This document shows, piece after piece, positions 9,083 through 18,438 of a stretch of 64,000 nt of DNA. This stretch comes from Escherichia phage DT57C. The notes under the pieces are model-generated. The model was not told the origin of the DNA. It saw nothing but the letters and a program-made list of their open reading frames with translations, and made no database searches. The translations under genes were made by a program, and so were the position numbers. The first letter of the stretch is position 1, and each line of letters opens with the position of its first letter. Location: the sequence record NC_027356.1, one strand, 5' to 3'.

Positions 9083-9809
9083 TCTTTCTAGCCTTTAGAT
9101 AGATTCCTTTAGATGCTAGATAGATATATGTAGCAAGGAATGAAGATGTAGATCCTGTTTCTTCAAGAGTAATAGATCCTTTTGCATAACGCTTAGTTCT
9201 AGGAGCCTGGTTAAGCACAAGTGCAGTGAGACTACCTAATCCTAGCGCATCCATTAAACGTTTGAAGGAGTCCTTTTCATCGTGGATAGCATATAGAATG
9301 TAATCTTCCGCTGTAGTTAGTTCTATATCGCGATGATGTGCCACTGCAATCCGTGCTACTACAGCTCCAATCGTTCTATAAATATCTTCAAACGTAATGC
9401 TAGTTTCAAAAGCTAATGCTGGAAGATGATCGAACTTACATTTCTTAGGCGGAATAAGAAGTTGTTCAGGATAAGCTTCTAGTGCCTGACGAACGTTTGC
9501 TTCTGGGTATGTTGGCAAAGGTTCATCTATAATAACATGTAAGAAATTAGCTCTGTGTCCTTTAGCAGTTGGATCTAAAGACTTCAATACTTTGTTCATA
9601 TCTACGTATGAATACGCTAGATCTGCTTGTGGGGCATTAATATCAAACTTAATCTTCTTACCCTCCCATTTAGCAGGGAACATCTCACAAACAAACATTA
9701 CTGCATGTTTAACCTCTGGCTCCAGCTCTGATAGACATTTGTGATCTGCTGTTACTGCTAGAGCGAGAATATTCTTAAATTTATTAGCTTCTTCAATCAT
9801 ATATCCCAT
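9069..9809 (-). CDS. Hypothetical protein
   Basis: 246-aa ORF, co-oriented, overlapping stop/start with neighbours. Confidence 0.55.
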   Translation of the reverse strand: MGYMIEEANKFKNILALAVTADHKCLSELEPEVKHAVMFVCEMFPAKWEGKKIKFDINAPQADLAYSYVDMNKVLKSLDPTAKGHRANFLHVIIDEPLPTYPEANVRQALEAYPEQLLIPPKKCKFDHLPALAFETSITFEDIYRTIGAVVARIAVAHHRDIELTTAEDYILYAIHDEKDSFKRLMDALGLGSLTALVLNQAPRTKRYAKGSITLEETGSTSSFLATYIYLASKGIYLKARKNVTI

Positions 9810-10138
9810 GCCTGCTGACTATTATCACTAACTTGTGTCTTTTTCTCTCTTCGTGGTTTAAAAGTTCCTGTAGTATTACTTTTACTAGGTTCTAATTTAT
9901 ACCACAGCATTCCTAGCTGGTTAACCATATGAGCAACATTTCTAGGGGTCAATGGCGGTAGGGATTCACAGTTTGATATCTCCCTTAATATATTAAATAG
10001 TTCTGCCTCTTTAGCTTTATTGTTTACTACCACCACGTACTCTAATGTTTCTACCTCAGAATCCTCATCCTTATAGTAGAGGCTAAGAGTAATTAAATTC
10101 TCCCCAGCAGGGGCTATTTTTGTTTTACCAAATATCAT
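9797..10138 (-). CDS. Hypothetical protein
   Basis: 113-aa ORF in operon context. Confidence 0.5.
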   Translation of the reverse strand: MIFGKTKIAPAGENLITLSLYYKDEDSEVETLEYVVVVNNKAKEAELFNILREISNCESLPPLTPRNVAHMVNQLGMLWYKLEPSKSNTTGTFKPRREKKTQVSDNSQQAWDI

Positions 10139-10734
10139 TAACTACCTCTCTTATCTTCGTTAAGAGCAGCTCCTAGTGCTTCCATAATTGCATCTTCTAT
10201 ACTTCCATGCTTACTAGGATTGCTTAAGTGAATAGTATATGAGTTCCTAGAAACTCCAGAGTCCACAGGTGCTGCGCTTTTCCTATCAGACTCAAAAGCT
10301 TCTTGGGTATGTTTCAACTGTACAGAAGGCCCATAGTCTTCCCCAACTCGATAGGACTGATTAGACGACAGCGTACCACCGCAGGGAACATTGTGCAAAT
10401 CCGATGGATTATTTAATAGTGCAATACCACCTCTTGGCCACGAGTCACTAACATGAGTACTAGGACGGTTAACCTCAGTCTTCACGAGTTTATAACCAGC
10501 ATCTATTAATGCATTAATAAGGTTATCAGCTGGAATGCGAGCCTTGCCAAAAATCTCACGAGCGTTGTTGAGCCTACCTTCAAAACCTTTACATGCTCTA
10601 ATATTAGTGTGTGCAAAGGTTAGCTTCATAGATTTGAATTGTACAGTAGCAGTTAAATCTTTAAAGCTATAATCCCACGTATTCAGTTCATGATCTGGTA
10701 CTACTTGAATAGATTGCTGTGCATATAAAGTCAT
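10138..10734 (-). CDS. Hypothetical protein
   Basis: 198-aa ORF; contains one copy of the 13-mer motif. Confidence 0.55.
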   Translation of the reverse strand: MTLYAQQSIQVVPDHELNTWDYSFKDLTATVQFKSMKLTFAHTNIRACKGFEGRLNNAREIFGKARIPADNLINALIDAGYKLVKTEVNRPSTHVSDSWPRGGIALLNNPSDLHNVPCGGTLSSNQSYRVGEDYGPSVQLKHTQEAFESDRKSAAPVDSGVSRNSYTIHLSNPSKHGSIEDAIMEALGAALNEDKRGS

Positions 10735-10919
10735 TATTTATTCTCCAGTTTGTCTAACAGCTTATGAGCTGCTAGATTATATTGTTTAAGCTCACGGTTA
10801 AGAATCTCATTCTCACTATTTAATTCTAAATTCTTAGTATTGAGGCGGCTGCACACAATTATCAAGCCTAGGATGGTTAAGAGTGAGCCACCTAGTAATA
10901 CAAGAAGTAATGTTCCCAT
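10734..10919 (-). CDS. Small membrane protein
   Basis: 61-aa ORF with N-terminal TM segment. Confidence 0.45.
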   Translation of the reverse strand: MGTLLLVLLGGSLLTILGLIIVCSRLNTKNLELNSENEILNRELKQYNLAAHKLLDKLENK

Positions 10920-11152
10920 TATTTGATTCCCATGTAACGTTTGAGATATACGATAAAGTCTTCCGCTTTATGTTCTAGGCTACCTTGAGCCACGAATAAC
11001 TTGAGAGCTTCACGCTGTTGTTTGAGATTAGTAACTTCGCTACGCAACTTCACGTTATCGTCAATAACCTGATTGGCTTCACGAGTCTTATGCACAGCAG
11101 TGCTAATAGCAAATACTAATGCAATTGCTAAGATAATTAATATATATTCCAT
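10919..11152 (-). CDS. Small membrane protein
   Basis: 77-aa ORF with N-terminal TM segment. Confidence 0.45.
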   Translation of the reverse strand: MEYILIILAIALVFAISTAVHKTREANQVIDDNVKLRSEVTNLKQQREALKLFVAQGSLEHKAEDFIVYLKRYMGIK

Positions 11153-11442
11153 TAGTTACTCCAAATTAACATCCAACTCTTATCAAGGTTAGATGCTCTA
11201 TTAATTAATTCGCCCATAGAAATGTTATTGTTGCCTATGGCTTCTTGTACAAACTCTTTACCGAAATCATCTACTAGGTATTCTGTATCATTTATAATAA
11301 TCTTGTAGAGAGCTGGGACTAAAGGATGTTGATGATTAAGAGGACTCTCGTTAACAATTATCTCATTCCTTCCCCACGTCGTCTTGAACATTTTGTGGGA
11401 GAGTAGAGCTAAGTGGTTTGACCATACAATATAGCTACTCAC
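11152..11442 (-). CDS. Hypothetical protein
   Basis: 96-aa ORF. Confidence 0.45.
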   Translation of the reverse strand: MSSYIVWSNHLALLSHKMFKTTWGRNEIIVNESPLNHQHPLVPALYKIIINDTEYLVDDFGKEFVQEAIGNNNISMGELINRASNLDKSWMLIWSN

Positions 11443-11983
11443 TACTTATCTCCATTCTTAACTTTGAGAACTTATTATACCAAACTATATGATTATCGTC
11501 AATTACAAATTTATGATAACATGCTGGTACGGTATAAGTTCCATAATCCGTGACACGCTGCACAACCTTGTGTGCACACAGTCGACATCCATGCCCTTCT
11601 AAATGAGATCTAGCAGTCTGCCAGTAATAACCATCGTGGTCTGGACAATAGATCTCAACTTGCTGTTGCATTGTTTTATAGTTTACACGCTCATACCCAA
11701 AGAAAGCCCCATGAGCTGCAATGGCTTTCTTGATAAATATAAGGTTTAGTGCTTCTTGTTGAAAGTCGGGGTGTAGCTGCTTAATCTTAGTTCTATTAAT
11801 AGACCCATCCGATTTGATGAACCTATTTATTGGAAAGTTATTAGCTTCCTCGATTAATAATTCATTTACTTTCTCTCTCATATTATATGCTCTCACAACT
11901 AAGGTGGAAACATTCGTAAGCATCCCCAGTAAACTCTTTACCCTGTAATAAACACTTAGCCTGGTCTTCTGGTACTCCAACAT
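11435..11983 (-). CDS. Hypothetical Cys/His-rich protein (possible Zn-binding); true start may be internal Met (~11881)
   Basis: 182-aa ORF; 5' end overlaps ORF 11883-12086 so an internal start is likely. Confidence 0.45.
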   Translation of the reverse strand: MLEYQKTRLSVYYRVKSLLGMLTNVSTLVVRAYNMREKVNELLIEEANNFPINRFIKSDGSINRTKIKQLHPDFQQEALNLIFIKKAIAAHGAFFGYERVNYKTMQQQVEIYCPDHDGYYWQTARSHLEGHGCRLCAHKVVQRVTDYGTYTVPACYHKFVIDDNHIVWYNKFSKLRMEISSE

Positions 11984-12086
11984 CTAATAATTGTTGTTTA
12001 CTTGGCTTTTCAGCAAATACCTTTACAAAATACTCACCATCCTGATTATATTCATTTATACCTCTAGTAAGGACATATACTTGCAT
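11883..12086 (-). CDS. Hypothetical protein
   Basis: 67-aa ORF. Confidence 0.4.
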   Translation of the reverse strand: MQVYVLTRGINEYNQDGEYFVKVFAEKPSKQQLLDVGVPEDQAKCLLQGKEFTGDAYECFHLSCESI

Positions 12087-12109
12087 TTGAAGTTCCTTGA
12101 AAACATAAA

Positions 12110-12135
12110 AGGCCAGAACAATTAAGTCCTGGCCT
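12110..12135 (-). terminator. Hairpin (aggccag...ctggcct) between ORFs
   Basis: 7-bp GC-rich stem; T-rich flank on minus strand. Confidence 0.4.
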
Positions 12136-12142
12136 CCTAAAA

Positions 12143-12580
12143 TTAATGAAGTTGTTTACCACTTCTTAACATAGTGGCCGTTTCCATAAGACCTAGCGTA
12201 GTATCACGCTTATTGATCTGTTTACCAAGTTCATCAGTACGTTTACTGATGTAAGCATTAATAGCCATATTCATAGCTGTAGCGAGATCTTCTTTGGTTA
12301 TCTCTTCATCATCTAAAGCTAGGTTAGCCAAAGAATCAAATGTGCTAGAGAGTCCTACAAGATCTGAGGTTTCTCCAGCCAAAATAGGATTAATATTATC
12401 TACTGTTACTTCTAGCATGGAGTTAACAATATCTTCACCGTCTATTAGACCAAATTCAATATTACTCTCCCACTCCTTCATCTGTTCCAGCAATGGATTT
12501 TTCTTTTCTGTCATGATAGAGGTTTCCTGTGTCAGTTGGTAAGAAGGATGATTGTGTCTTAGGAGGATGTTGCTTAGCAA
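12143..12580 (-). CDS. Hypothetical acidic protein (start probably internal)
   Basis: 145-aa ORF overlapping upstream ORF. Confidence 0.45.
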   Translation of the reverse strand: MLSNILLRHNHPSYQLTQETSIMTEKKNPLLEQMKEWESNIEFGLIDGEDIVNSMLEVTVDNINPILAGETSDLVGLSSTFDSLANLALDDEEITKEDLATAMNMAINAYISKRTDELGKQINKRDTTLGLMETATMLRSGKQLH

Positions 12581-12923
12581 TCCAGTTAAGAATCAGCACG
12601 CGACTAGGAACAATATCGGTATTATACCAAAAATCGTGAACCCATTGACGAGCATCTTCAAACTTACCAAATTTATACGCTTTCTTAAACAATTCAAATC
12701 CAAAACAATCTGGTGTAAAGTCTACTTCGCGATATTGAACTACTTTAGAGCCAGTTAGGTCTTGGATCGCTGCATTAATTTCTGTATGTGAGAATTTTGT
12801 TTCATGAAACTTATTAAAGAATCGGTAGTTGAAGCGTCCGTTCGTTTCGACAAATAACTGGATGAAGAGATCGTTAAATTGGTTATCAAACCAGTAATTC
12901 TGTAGTTGTTGTAGTGCTGTCAT
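12462..12923 (-). CDS. Hypothetical protein
   Basis: 153-aa ORF. Confidence 0.5.
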   Translation of the reverse strand: MTALQQLQNYWFDNQFNDLFIQLFVETNGRFNYRFFNKFHETKFSHTEINAAIQDLTGSKVVQYREVDFTPDCFGFELFKKAYKFGKFEDARQWVHDFWYNTDIVPSRVLILNWIAKQHPPKTQSSFLPTDTGNLYHDRKEKSIAGTDEGVGE

Positions 12924-13120
12924 TTACGAACCCCGTTAATTGCCACAATGATGCCTTCGTACATAAAAGGAAGTAACCCAGAAGTATAGAATATATTTTC
13001 CGTTATTCCTAGATGTCGAAAAAGTATATTAAATAATGCTGTTAGAAATACAATCTGAGGAAGTAATACAAAATACTCAGTTACAATCTTTGGTGCTTGA
13101 TAAACAAGACGTTTTATCAT
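12920..13120 (-). CDS. Small membrane protein
   Basis: 66-aa hydrophobic ORF. Confidence 0.4.
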   Translation of the reverse strand: MIKRLVYQAPKIVTEYFVLLPQIVFLTALFNILFRHLGITENIFYTSGLLPFMYEGIIVAINGVRK

Positions 13121-13219
13121 TGTTTTTAAGTCTCCTTATTACTTTGGCCTGCTCCACAATAATGAAAACTGCGAGCACTAATAGTGCTATTAGCCCCGCA
13201 GTAATTGGTACTAAATCAA

Positions 13220-13564
13220 TCATGGGAGACGCCATACGTAATTAGCTGTCTGTAGAACTTCGGAAACATCATCATGTTGCATCACTACAGACGTTGGAGA
13301 GTAACTATCCGCCAGTTCTGTACGAACCATCTCACGTTCTTCTCCAGTATCAATATTTTTAACAATCACTTTCATACTAAGAGGTGTTAATGCAGAAAGT
13401 GGTTTCCAAGAATCCTCAAGTTCAACCCCTACCTTTTTCTCGATTAACATGAGAACTTCTAGTGTATCATCTGGAATACTAATATTATTATTTACAAACT
13501 GTAACAGCTCATGCAAAGTATTTAACTCATTGAAATTAAGTTTCATCTTTAATAATATCCTCAA
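13220..13564 (-). CDS. Hypothetical protein
   Basis: 114-aa ORF. Confidence 0.5.
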   Translation of the reverse strand: MRILLKMKLNFNELNTLHELLQFVNNNISIPDDTLEVLMLIEKKVGVELEDSWKPLSALTPLSMKVIVKNIDTGEEREMVRTELADSYSPTSVVMQHDDVSEVLQTANYVWRLP

Positions 13565-13781
13565 TCATATCACAGGACTGTTGCAATTCGTCAGCAATGC
13601 GCTTAACATCGGTCTTCGTCACTTTACCAATTAACATCACCAGTAACATAGAAAGTATAATAAGTGGTACTGGGATAACAAATAATGCTACCTTAGCTAT
13701 ATTCTTTGGTGTCCAAGTGCGGTACTTAGTAACTAGAACTCCCACCACGACTAGATAAAATGCTAGAATAAACATTATCAT
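13536..13781 (-). CDS. Small membrane protein
   Basis: 81-aa ORF, two hydrophobic segments. Confidence 0.45.
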   Translation of the reverse strand: MIMFILAFYLVVVGVLVTKYRTWTPKNIAKVALFVIPVPLIILSMLLVMLIGKVTKTDVKRIADELQQSCDMIEDIIKDET

Positions 13782-14059
13782 TTTTTAATCTCCGTGATTA
13801 TCTGTGTACGCATTACTTTAGCAGGTAATTTATTATTCCCAACTATTGCTTCTATATTATTTAATTTTTCTTTAAGAATATCCGAGCGTCTTTGTGCTAT
13901 TTCAATATCTTGTTCTTGCTCTATTAACCGGTGGTGTAGTCCATCATTAGTAATAAGCATACTTTCCATGTTTTTCCGTGCGTTTACAATCCCAATAACT
14001 CCACCAATCGCTACTAGCGTAGTAAGGACCAGTAACCCAATAAGAATTTCAATCAACAT
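13778..14059 (-). CDS. Small membrane protein
   Basis: 93-aa ORF with N-terminal TM. Confidence 0.45.
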   Translation of the reverse strand: MLIEILIGLLVLTTLVAIGGVIGIVNARKNMESMLITNDGLHHRLIEQEQDIEIAQRRSDILKEKLNNIEAIVGNNKLPAKVMRTQIITEIKK

Positions 14060-14081
14060 TAATTATATACTCCCCTAGCCC

Positions 14082-14351
14082 TTATTTCTTACCTTTCAGT
14101 TGCTTAACTTCACGCTCAAAAGATGCTGCACGACGTTCGGCGGTTGCCTGATGCTCTTTAGCAAAACGTGCTTCTTGTTTTGCAAGGTTGAATGCCATAG
14201 CGTTCTTATTAAGAGAATCGTACATCTTTTTCATTGCTGGGATGGACATTTTCATCAGTTGCCCCTCAAATCCTTGCATATCGAGGAGAATTGCCAGAAC
14301 GTTAGCCATTTCATTTTTAGTCATGTTTTCCATTATAATTTCCTCTCTCAT
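14082..14351 (-). CDS. Hypothetical protein
   Basis: 89-aa ORF directly downstream of consensus early promoter. Confidence 0.55.
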   Translation of the reverse strand: MREEIIMENMTKNEMANVLAILLDMQGFEGQLMKMSIPAMKKMYDSLNKNAMAFNLAKQEARFAKEHQATAERRAASFEREVKQLKGKK

Positions 14352-14364
14352 TAATTTATGAACT

Positions 14365-14393
14365 TATTATACAGAATTTTGAGGTTTAAAGCA
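14365..14393 (-). promoter_or_regulatory. Sigma70-type early promoter (TTGCTT-17-TATAAT)
   Basis: -10 at 14365-14370 and -35 at 14388-14393 (plus-strand coords), AT-rich upstream, conserved downstream aaattaatgagagagg RBS region. Confidence 0.6.
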
Positions 14394-14411
14394 ACTGAAT
14401 TTTTTAATTAC

Positions 14412-14840
14412 TTACCAATCGTTAACGAAACCTGAGAACTCAGAAGTTAATACTTGTTCAAATTTCTCTGCAATTTCAGGATGATCTTTGCAGATCAGCT
14501 CAATACATGCTTCTGGAGTCATTCCTTCATCTTCAGGATCACCATAATACTTGTCCCAAAGATCATCAGGGATGATGTGCTCTGCCAAATCTTGGAAATA
14601 GACTGCCTGATAACGTGGGGCTTCTTCAGCAAAGAGTTCTTCGATCTCTTCATCTGCCTCACCTTTGTAATCTGCCATTAATAGGGCATCAGTTGCGTAA
14701 CACTCCCAAACCATCAAGCGTTCAGAAATAGGATTAGACTTATCCTGAACGTAAGACTGAAACAGGGTTCGGAAAGTTGCCTTAACTTGTTCAAATTTAT
14801 CTGCTGCTGCGAAAACTAGAGCTTTATCAACTTTGTTCAT
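14412..14840 (-). CDS. Hypothetical acidic protein
   Basis: 142-aa ORF. Confidence 0.55.
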   Translation of the reverse strand: MNKVDKALVFAAADKFEQVKATFRTLFQSYVQDKSNPISERLMVWECYATDALLMADYKGEADEEIEELFAEEAPRYQAVYFQDLAEHIIPDDLWDKYYGDPEDEGMTPEACIELICKDHPEIAEKFEQVLTSEFSGFVNDW

Positions 14841-14870
14841 TTTTATTCCTTCTCATCAATTTATAAAGTA

Positions 14871-14899
14871 ATTATACAGAAACTTAGGCATTTTAGCAA
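14871..14899 (-). promoter_or_regulatory. Sigma70-type early promoter (TTGCTA-17-TATAAT)
   Basis: -10 14871-14876, -35 14894-14899. Confidence 0.6.
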
Positions 14900-15007
14900 A
14901 TAAAACTTTTAATTAAAATGCCTAGTCCTGTACCAACAGCAATACAAATGATTATAAGTATTGCTACTGCTTGTATGATTCGTTTAATAATAACCTCAGC
15001 TATACAC

Positions 15008-15529
15008 TTAGACATTTAACATCCAGCTAGTTTTATCCTGAGAAGTATACTTACCACTCATGATGTCTTCCAGGCGTACTGGTGATTTTGCATACTCTAC
15101 ACAAACGTTAATATAACGAGGGTCTCCCATTAACTCAAAATGGGTATGCCCGTGTAAGTTCTTCTTGCCCCTTAGCTCTCCTGGATGTACTGGAGCGTGG
15201 GAAAGCCAAAAGTTTTTATACTTAACTAGGGATTGTACATTATCTACAATTCCCACTAAGTCTTTGAAAGATAACCCTTCTCGTTCTAAGTCGTGGTTCC
15301 CCAAAACTAATGTAGTTCTAACATTGCTAAAGAGTTTTTCGAACTTCTCCAAACCATTTCTAGATACAAATGCATCTCCTAAAATATAAAATACTGTACG
15401 CTTATCTTTCATGGATGTAATAGTATCCATGATAAATTCATCATGCTCTTCCATAGTAGAGAAGATTGGTCTGAATTTAGTAATATTTGCATGTCCTAAA
15501 TGGAGATCACTCCAAAAGCAGACTTTCAT
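15008..15529 (-). CDS. Calcineurin-like metallophosphoesterase
   Basis: 173-aa ORF; motifs DLHLGH, GDAF, GNHD, GHTH. Confidence 0.6.
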   Translation of the reverse strand: MKVCFWSDLHLGHANITKFRPIFSTMEEHDEFIMDTITSMKDKRTVFYILGDAFVSRNGLEKFEKLFSNVRTTLVLGNHDLEREGLSFKDLVGIVDNVQSLVKYKNFWLSHAPVHPGELRGKKNLHGHTHFELMGDPRYINVCVEYAKSPVRLEDIMSGKYTSQDKTSWMLNV

Positions 15530-16404
15530 TAAAGAATCCTCTGTATGCCACAGCTATCTTCTCGAAGCGTGGTAAATGTTGTGATTTTGCCAGTTTCATC
15601 ATTAACTTGCGCAACCGTCAACTGCCCGTTGAAGACACCGCCAGTATCTAGGTAAACACGATTCTGGTATAAAATAGGGTAAGGTACTCCAGTATGCCCA
15701 TGAAACACAAAGTCTACTCCATTAACTGGAGGTACTTCTACCATGTATTTTTCTTTAAATCCTGCATAACGCTGGAAGTACGGGTGTTCCTCACTATTTT
15801 TGGACAAATGGAAGCCTATTTCTTGTATTACATCTCGATCCCATAAGTATGGTTCAACATGGTATTCAGGATGGTCATGTGGGTCTTCCTTAGCTGCTTC
15901 TACTTGTGCAATAAGGCTATCCCATACTGGGGTTTCTACTTCGTTACCGCATTCTTTGTACGTAAAAGGTACACCACCATGAACAACACCATATTTCTTG
16001 CCACGATGCAGCACAGTCAGAAATACTGGAAGTTTTTCAGCCATGTCTTCGGCAATATTTTTAATGGTATCTGTATCTAGTTCATTCATAGCCCACATAC
16101 CACCGTTATACATCCAGTTAGTCCAATCTCCTCCAATCATAAACTGGTCGTGGTTTCCACGAACGCTACAGAAACGTGGATTATACAGGAATTTGGCTAA
16201 AACTTGCAGATTCTGTGTGCCTCGATCAATTAAATCTCCCACGCATACAACGCAATCTTTCTTGCCGTTATAGCCAGCTAATTGTAGTGCATCTTCTAGC
16301 AAATCGTTGCATCCATGAATATCACCAACAAAGAATAAGTTAACATCATCAGGTACTACTAGTGTTTTATGTACATTAAATTCTTTTTTCATAATTATTC
16401 CCAA
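15529..16404 (-). CDS. Serine/threonine protein phosphatase (PPP family)
   Basis: 291-aa ORF; GDIHG, GDLIDRG, GNHD motifs. Confidence 0.7.
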   Translation of the reverse strand: MGIIMKKEFNVHKTLVVPDDVNLFFVGDIHGCNDLLEDALQLAGYNGKKDCVVCVGDLIDRGTQNLQVLAKFLYNPRFCSVRGNHDQFMIGGDWTNWMYNGGMWAMNELDTDTIKNIAEDMAEKLPVFLTVLHRGKKYGVVHGGVPFTYKECGNEVETPVWDSLIAQVEAAKEDPHDHPEYHVEPYLWDRDVIQEIGFHLSKNSEEHPYFQRYAGFKEKYMVEVPPVNGVDFVFHGHTGVPYPILYQNRVYLDTGGVFNGQLTVAQVNDETGKITTFTTLREDSCGIQRIL

Positions 16405-16640
16405 ATAACATTTAAAATAGTTGTACCATAGTTATTAGATAGTTTGAGAGTATAACCCTCTTTATAAATGGCTTTCATAGCTTCATAACTAATTTCATCA
16501 CGGTTAAACTGCACATAAGAACCACCAATCTCCACAGAAGAAACTATTCTCTTTTTAACATACTTATATGGTTTCTTTCTACTCTTGAGAAGAGTAGCTC
16601 TATTAACCCTAGCTAAATGTTTTGCTTGTTCCGCTAACAT
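16395..16640 (-). CDS. Hypothetical protein
   Basis: 81-aa ORF downstream of early promoter. Confidence 0.5.
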   Translation of the reverse strand: MLAEQAKHLARVNRATLLKSRKKPYKYVKKRIVSSVEIGGSYVQFNRDEISYEAMKAIYKEGYTLKLSNNYGTTILNVIWE

Positions 16641-16667
16641 TTAATCCTCCTATCAATTTATATAAGT

Positions 16668-16696
16668 ATTATACCAAAATTTTTAGCTGAAAGCAA
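16668..16696 (-). promoter_or_regulatory. Sigma70-type early promoter
   Basis: -10 16668-16673, -35 16691-16696 (TTGCTT). Confidence 0.6.
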
Positions 16697-16705
16697 GTAA
16701 AATAA

Positions 16706-16731
16706 AAGCCTGATCCGCTAAGATCAGGCTT
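16706..16731 (-). terminator. Rho-independent terminator (aagcctgatc...gatcaggctt)
   Basis: 10-bp stem, T-rich tail on minus strand. Confidence 0.55.
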
Positions 16732-16737
16732 GATTTA

Positions 16738-17028
16738 TTAATCTTCTGGATTATCATCCAGGAAATTTTTAATGGCTTCGTGCATAGTTTCCTTACGAAG
16801 CTGACGTCCAATCAAAATATGATTAGCTTCTATTCGACCATTAGGTAAGCGATCTGCCAGAACTACTACAGGTACTTGGCGCACACCAAATTTCTGCATT
16901 AATTCTGCATTATCAGTCTCTTTATGGACTTCCAAATTATAGTCATTGACTACTTTATCAAATACTGGCTCAAACATTTTGCAAGGATTGCAAGTGGAAC
17001 CTTTTAATAGATATACTAATTTACTCAT
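16738..17028 (-). CDS. Thioredoxin/glutaredoxin-like redoxin
   Basis: 96-aa ORF; CNPC active-site motif. Confidence 0.55.
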   Translation of the reverse strand: MSKLVYLLKGSTCNPCKMFEPVFDKVVNDYNLEVHKETDNAELMQKFGVRQVPVVVLADRLPNGRIEANHILIGRQLRKETMHEAIKNFLDDNPED

Positions 17029-17452
17029 AGTTATTAATGGCCTCTAAGAAGTTTTTCATAGTTTTTACTGTTGCGGTGCTCAGATCAAGATTTACACCCA
17101 AACACTCGGTTAGTGCTTCCTGATAAGGAGCCTTTAATCTGCCTTCCGGGACTTCTACCTTTTTATATTCTTTATTTTTGACCTTTTTAATCATAGTCTC
17201 TAGTACAAGAAGTGGTAATTTAGCACCTTCAATATCAGTACCCAAAAGTTCAGTTAAAATTTTATTAAGATCAAGACGAGTTAACTTTTTGCCCTTAGAC
17301 ATAGATGCACCTACCTTTGTACCAATAGATTTTTCCGCTTTCTTTTCGAGCTTTTTGTACTCAGGAGAGTCATGATCACGGAGTGCAATGTTTAGCTCGT
17401 AATGTGGTATATGAAAATGTTCAGCCATTTGAGTGTAGAAACGATCAGACAT
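17021..17452 (-). CDS. Hypothetical protein
   Basis: 143-aa ORF. Confidence 0.5.
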   Translation of the reverse strand: MSDRFYTQMAEHFHIPHYELNIALRDHDSPEYKKLEKKAEKSIGTKVGASMSKGKKLTRLDLNKILTELLGTDIEGAKLPLLVLETMIKKVKNKEYKKVEVPEGRLKAPYQEALTECLGVNLDLSTATVKTMKNFLEAINNYE

Positions 17453-17485
17453 AATATATACCTCTCTTAACTAATTTATGTATAT

Positions 17486-17514
17486 ATTATATAATAACTA
17501 GGACTAAAAGTCAA
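17486..17514 (-). promoter_or_regulatory. Sigma70-type early promoter (TTGACT-17-TATAAT)
   Basis: -10 17486-17491, -35 17509-17514. Confidence 0.5.
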
Positions 17515-17527
17515 CTACTTTTTTATC

Positions 17528-17944
17528 TTAATCTACTGTATGTATACATCTTTTCCTAACTAGATACATAGTTATTGGGTAAATTGAGTACATAAGTATC
17601 GGGGAGAAAAGGGTGAAATATGCTGTAACTCCCCCAGCTAACATCAAAGGTATTAATGCTAGAGTAAGGGCCATAAGAATCATACCGAATGAAACAGCCA
17701 AAGCTATGGATATAGGATTCTCTAGTTCCACCCATAACCAACAATATTTCGAATCTCTGTGGCAATTGCATTTACAAACGCCGAATGAACCCATAATTAT
17801 ATACTCTAGTCCGTGAATAACCTTTATTAATAAGCTATTTCGGGTAGTTAATGCAATGATAGTAAAGACTACCATTAAAACGAATACTACTAGACTTATT
17901 TTCCAGATGCCTAGCAGCATCATAGTGAATATTTCTGCAAACAT
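17528..17944 (-). CDS. Integral membrane protein
   Basis: 138-aa ORF with several hydrophobic helices. Confidence 0.45.
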   Translation of the reverse strand: MFAEIFTMMLLGIWKISLVVFVLMVVFTIIALTTRNSLLIKVIHGLEYIIMGSFGVCKCNCHRDSKYCWLWVELENPISIALAVSFGMILMALTLALIPLMLAGGVTAYFTLFSPILMYSIYPITMYLVRKRCIHTVD

Positions 17945-18024
17945 GGCTTTCTCCTATCTTCAAGAAAAAATTATTAAAGCCCCCTTTGACTAAAGAGCGG
18001 GAATATTCCCGCCTAAGTTATTAA

Positions 18025-18438
18025 TTAAACTAGTTCGACATGACCGCCATCATAGGTACCACGTTTTATTTCGTCGTGATAGTCTCCTGAAGCATTCCAA
18101 TCAGCACCAAAACGAAGTTTAATGCCTAGTTCTTTACCAGCTTGTTCAAAAGCCTTTTTAATTGCCCAAAATGCTTCTAAGTCATTCCAATCAATTTTGC
18201 CATTAATATATGGAGCAAAATCGATAGCATCCCCGGTAATATGTTTGCTTTTACTAGGATCTTTTAGAAATGAAGTACCATTAGCAATGTTCTGGGCACT
18301 TTGTGCTACTGTACGAATACCTTGCACGATTGTGAAATCATATGGAGATAATTCTAAAGCCCTACGAGCTACTTTTTGTAGTTCAGGCTTAACGGTTGCT
18401 AATTGTTTTTCGCTATTTTTACCAAATTTAAAACTCAT
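18025..18438 (-). CDS. Endolysin, Zn-dependent L-alanyl-D-glutamate peptidase (EndoT5-like)
   Basis: 137-aa ORF; N-terminus MSFKFGKNSEKQL and size match T5 endolysin as recalled; overlaps upstream holin-like gene. Confidence 0.75.
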   Translation of the reverse strand: MSFKFGKNSEKQLATVKPELQKVARRALELSPYDFTIVQGIRTVAQSAQNIANGTSFLKDPSKSKHITGDAIDFAPYINGKIDWNDLEAFWAIKKAFEQAGKELGIKLRFGADWNASGDYHDEIKRGTYDGGHVELV

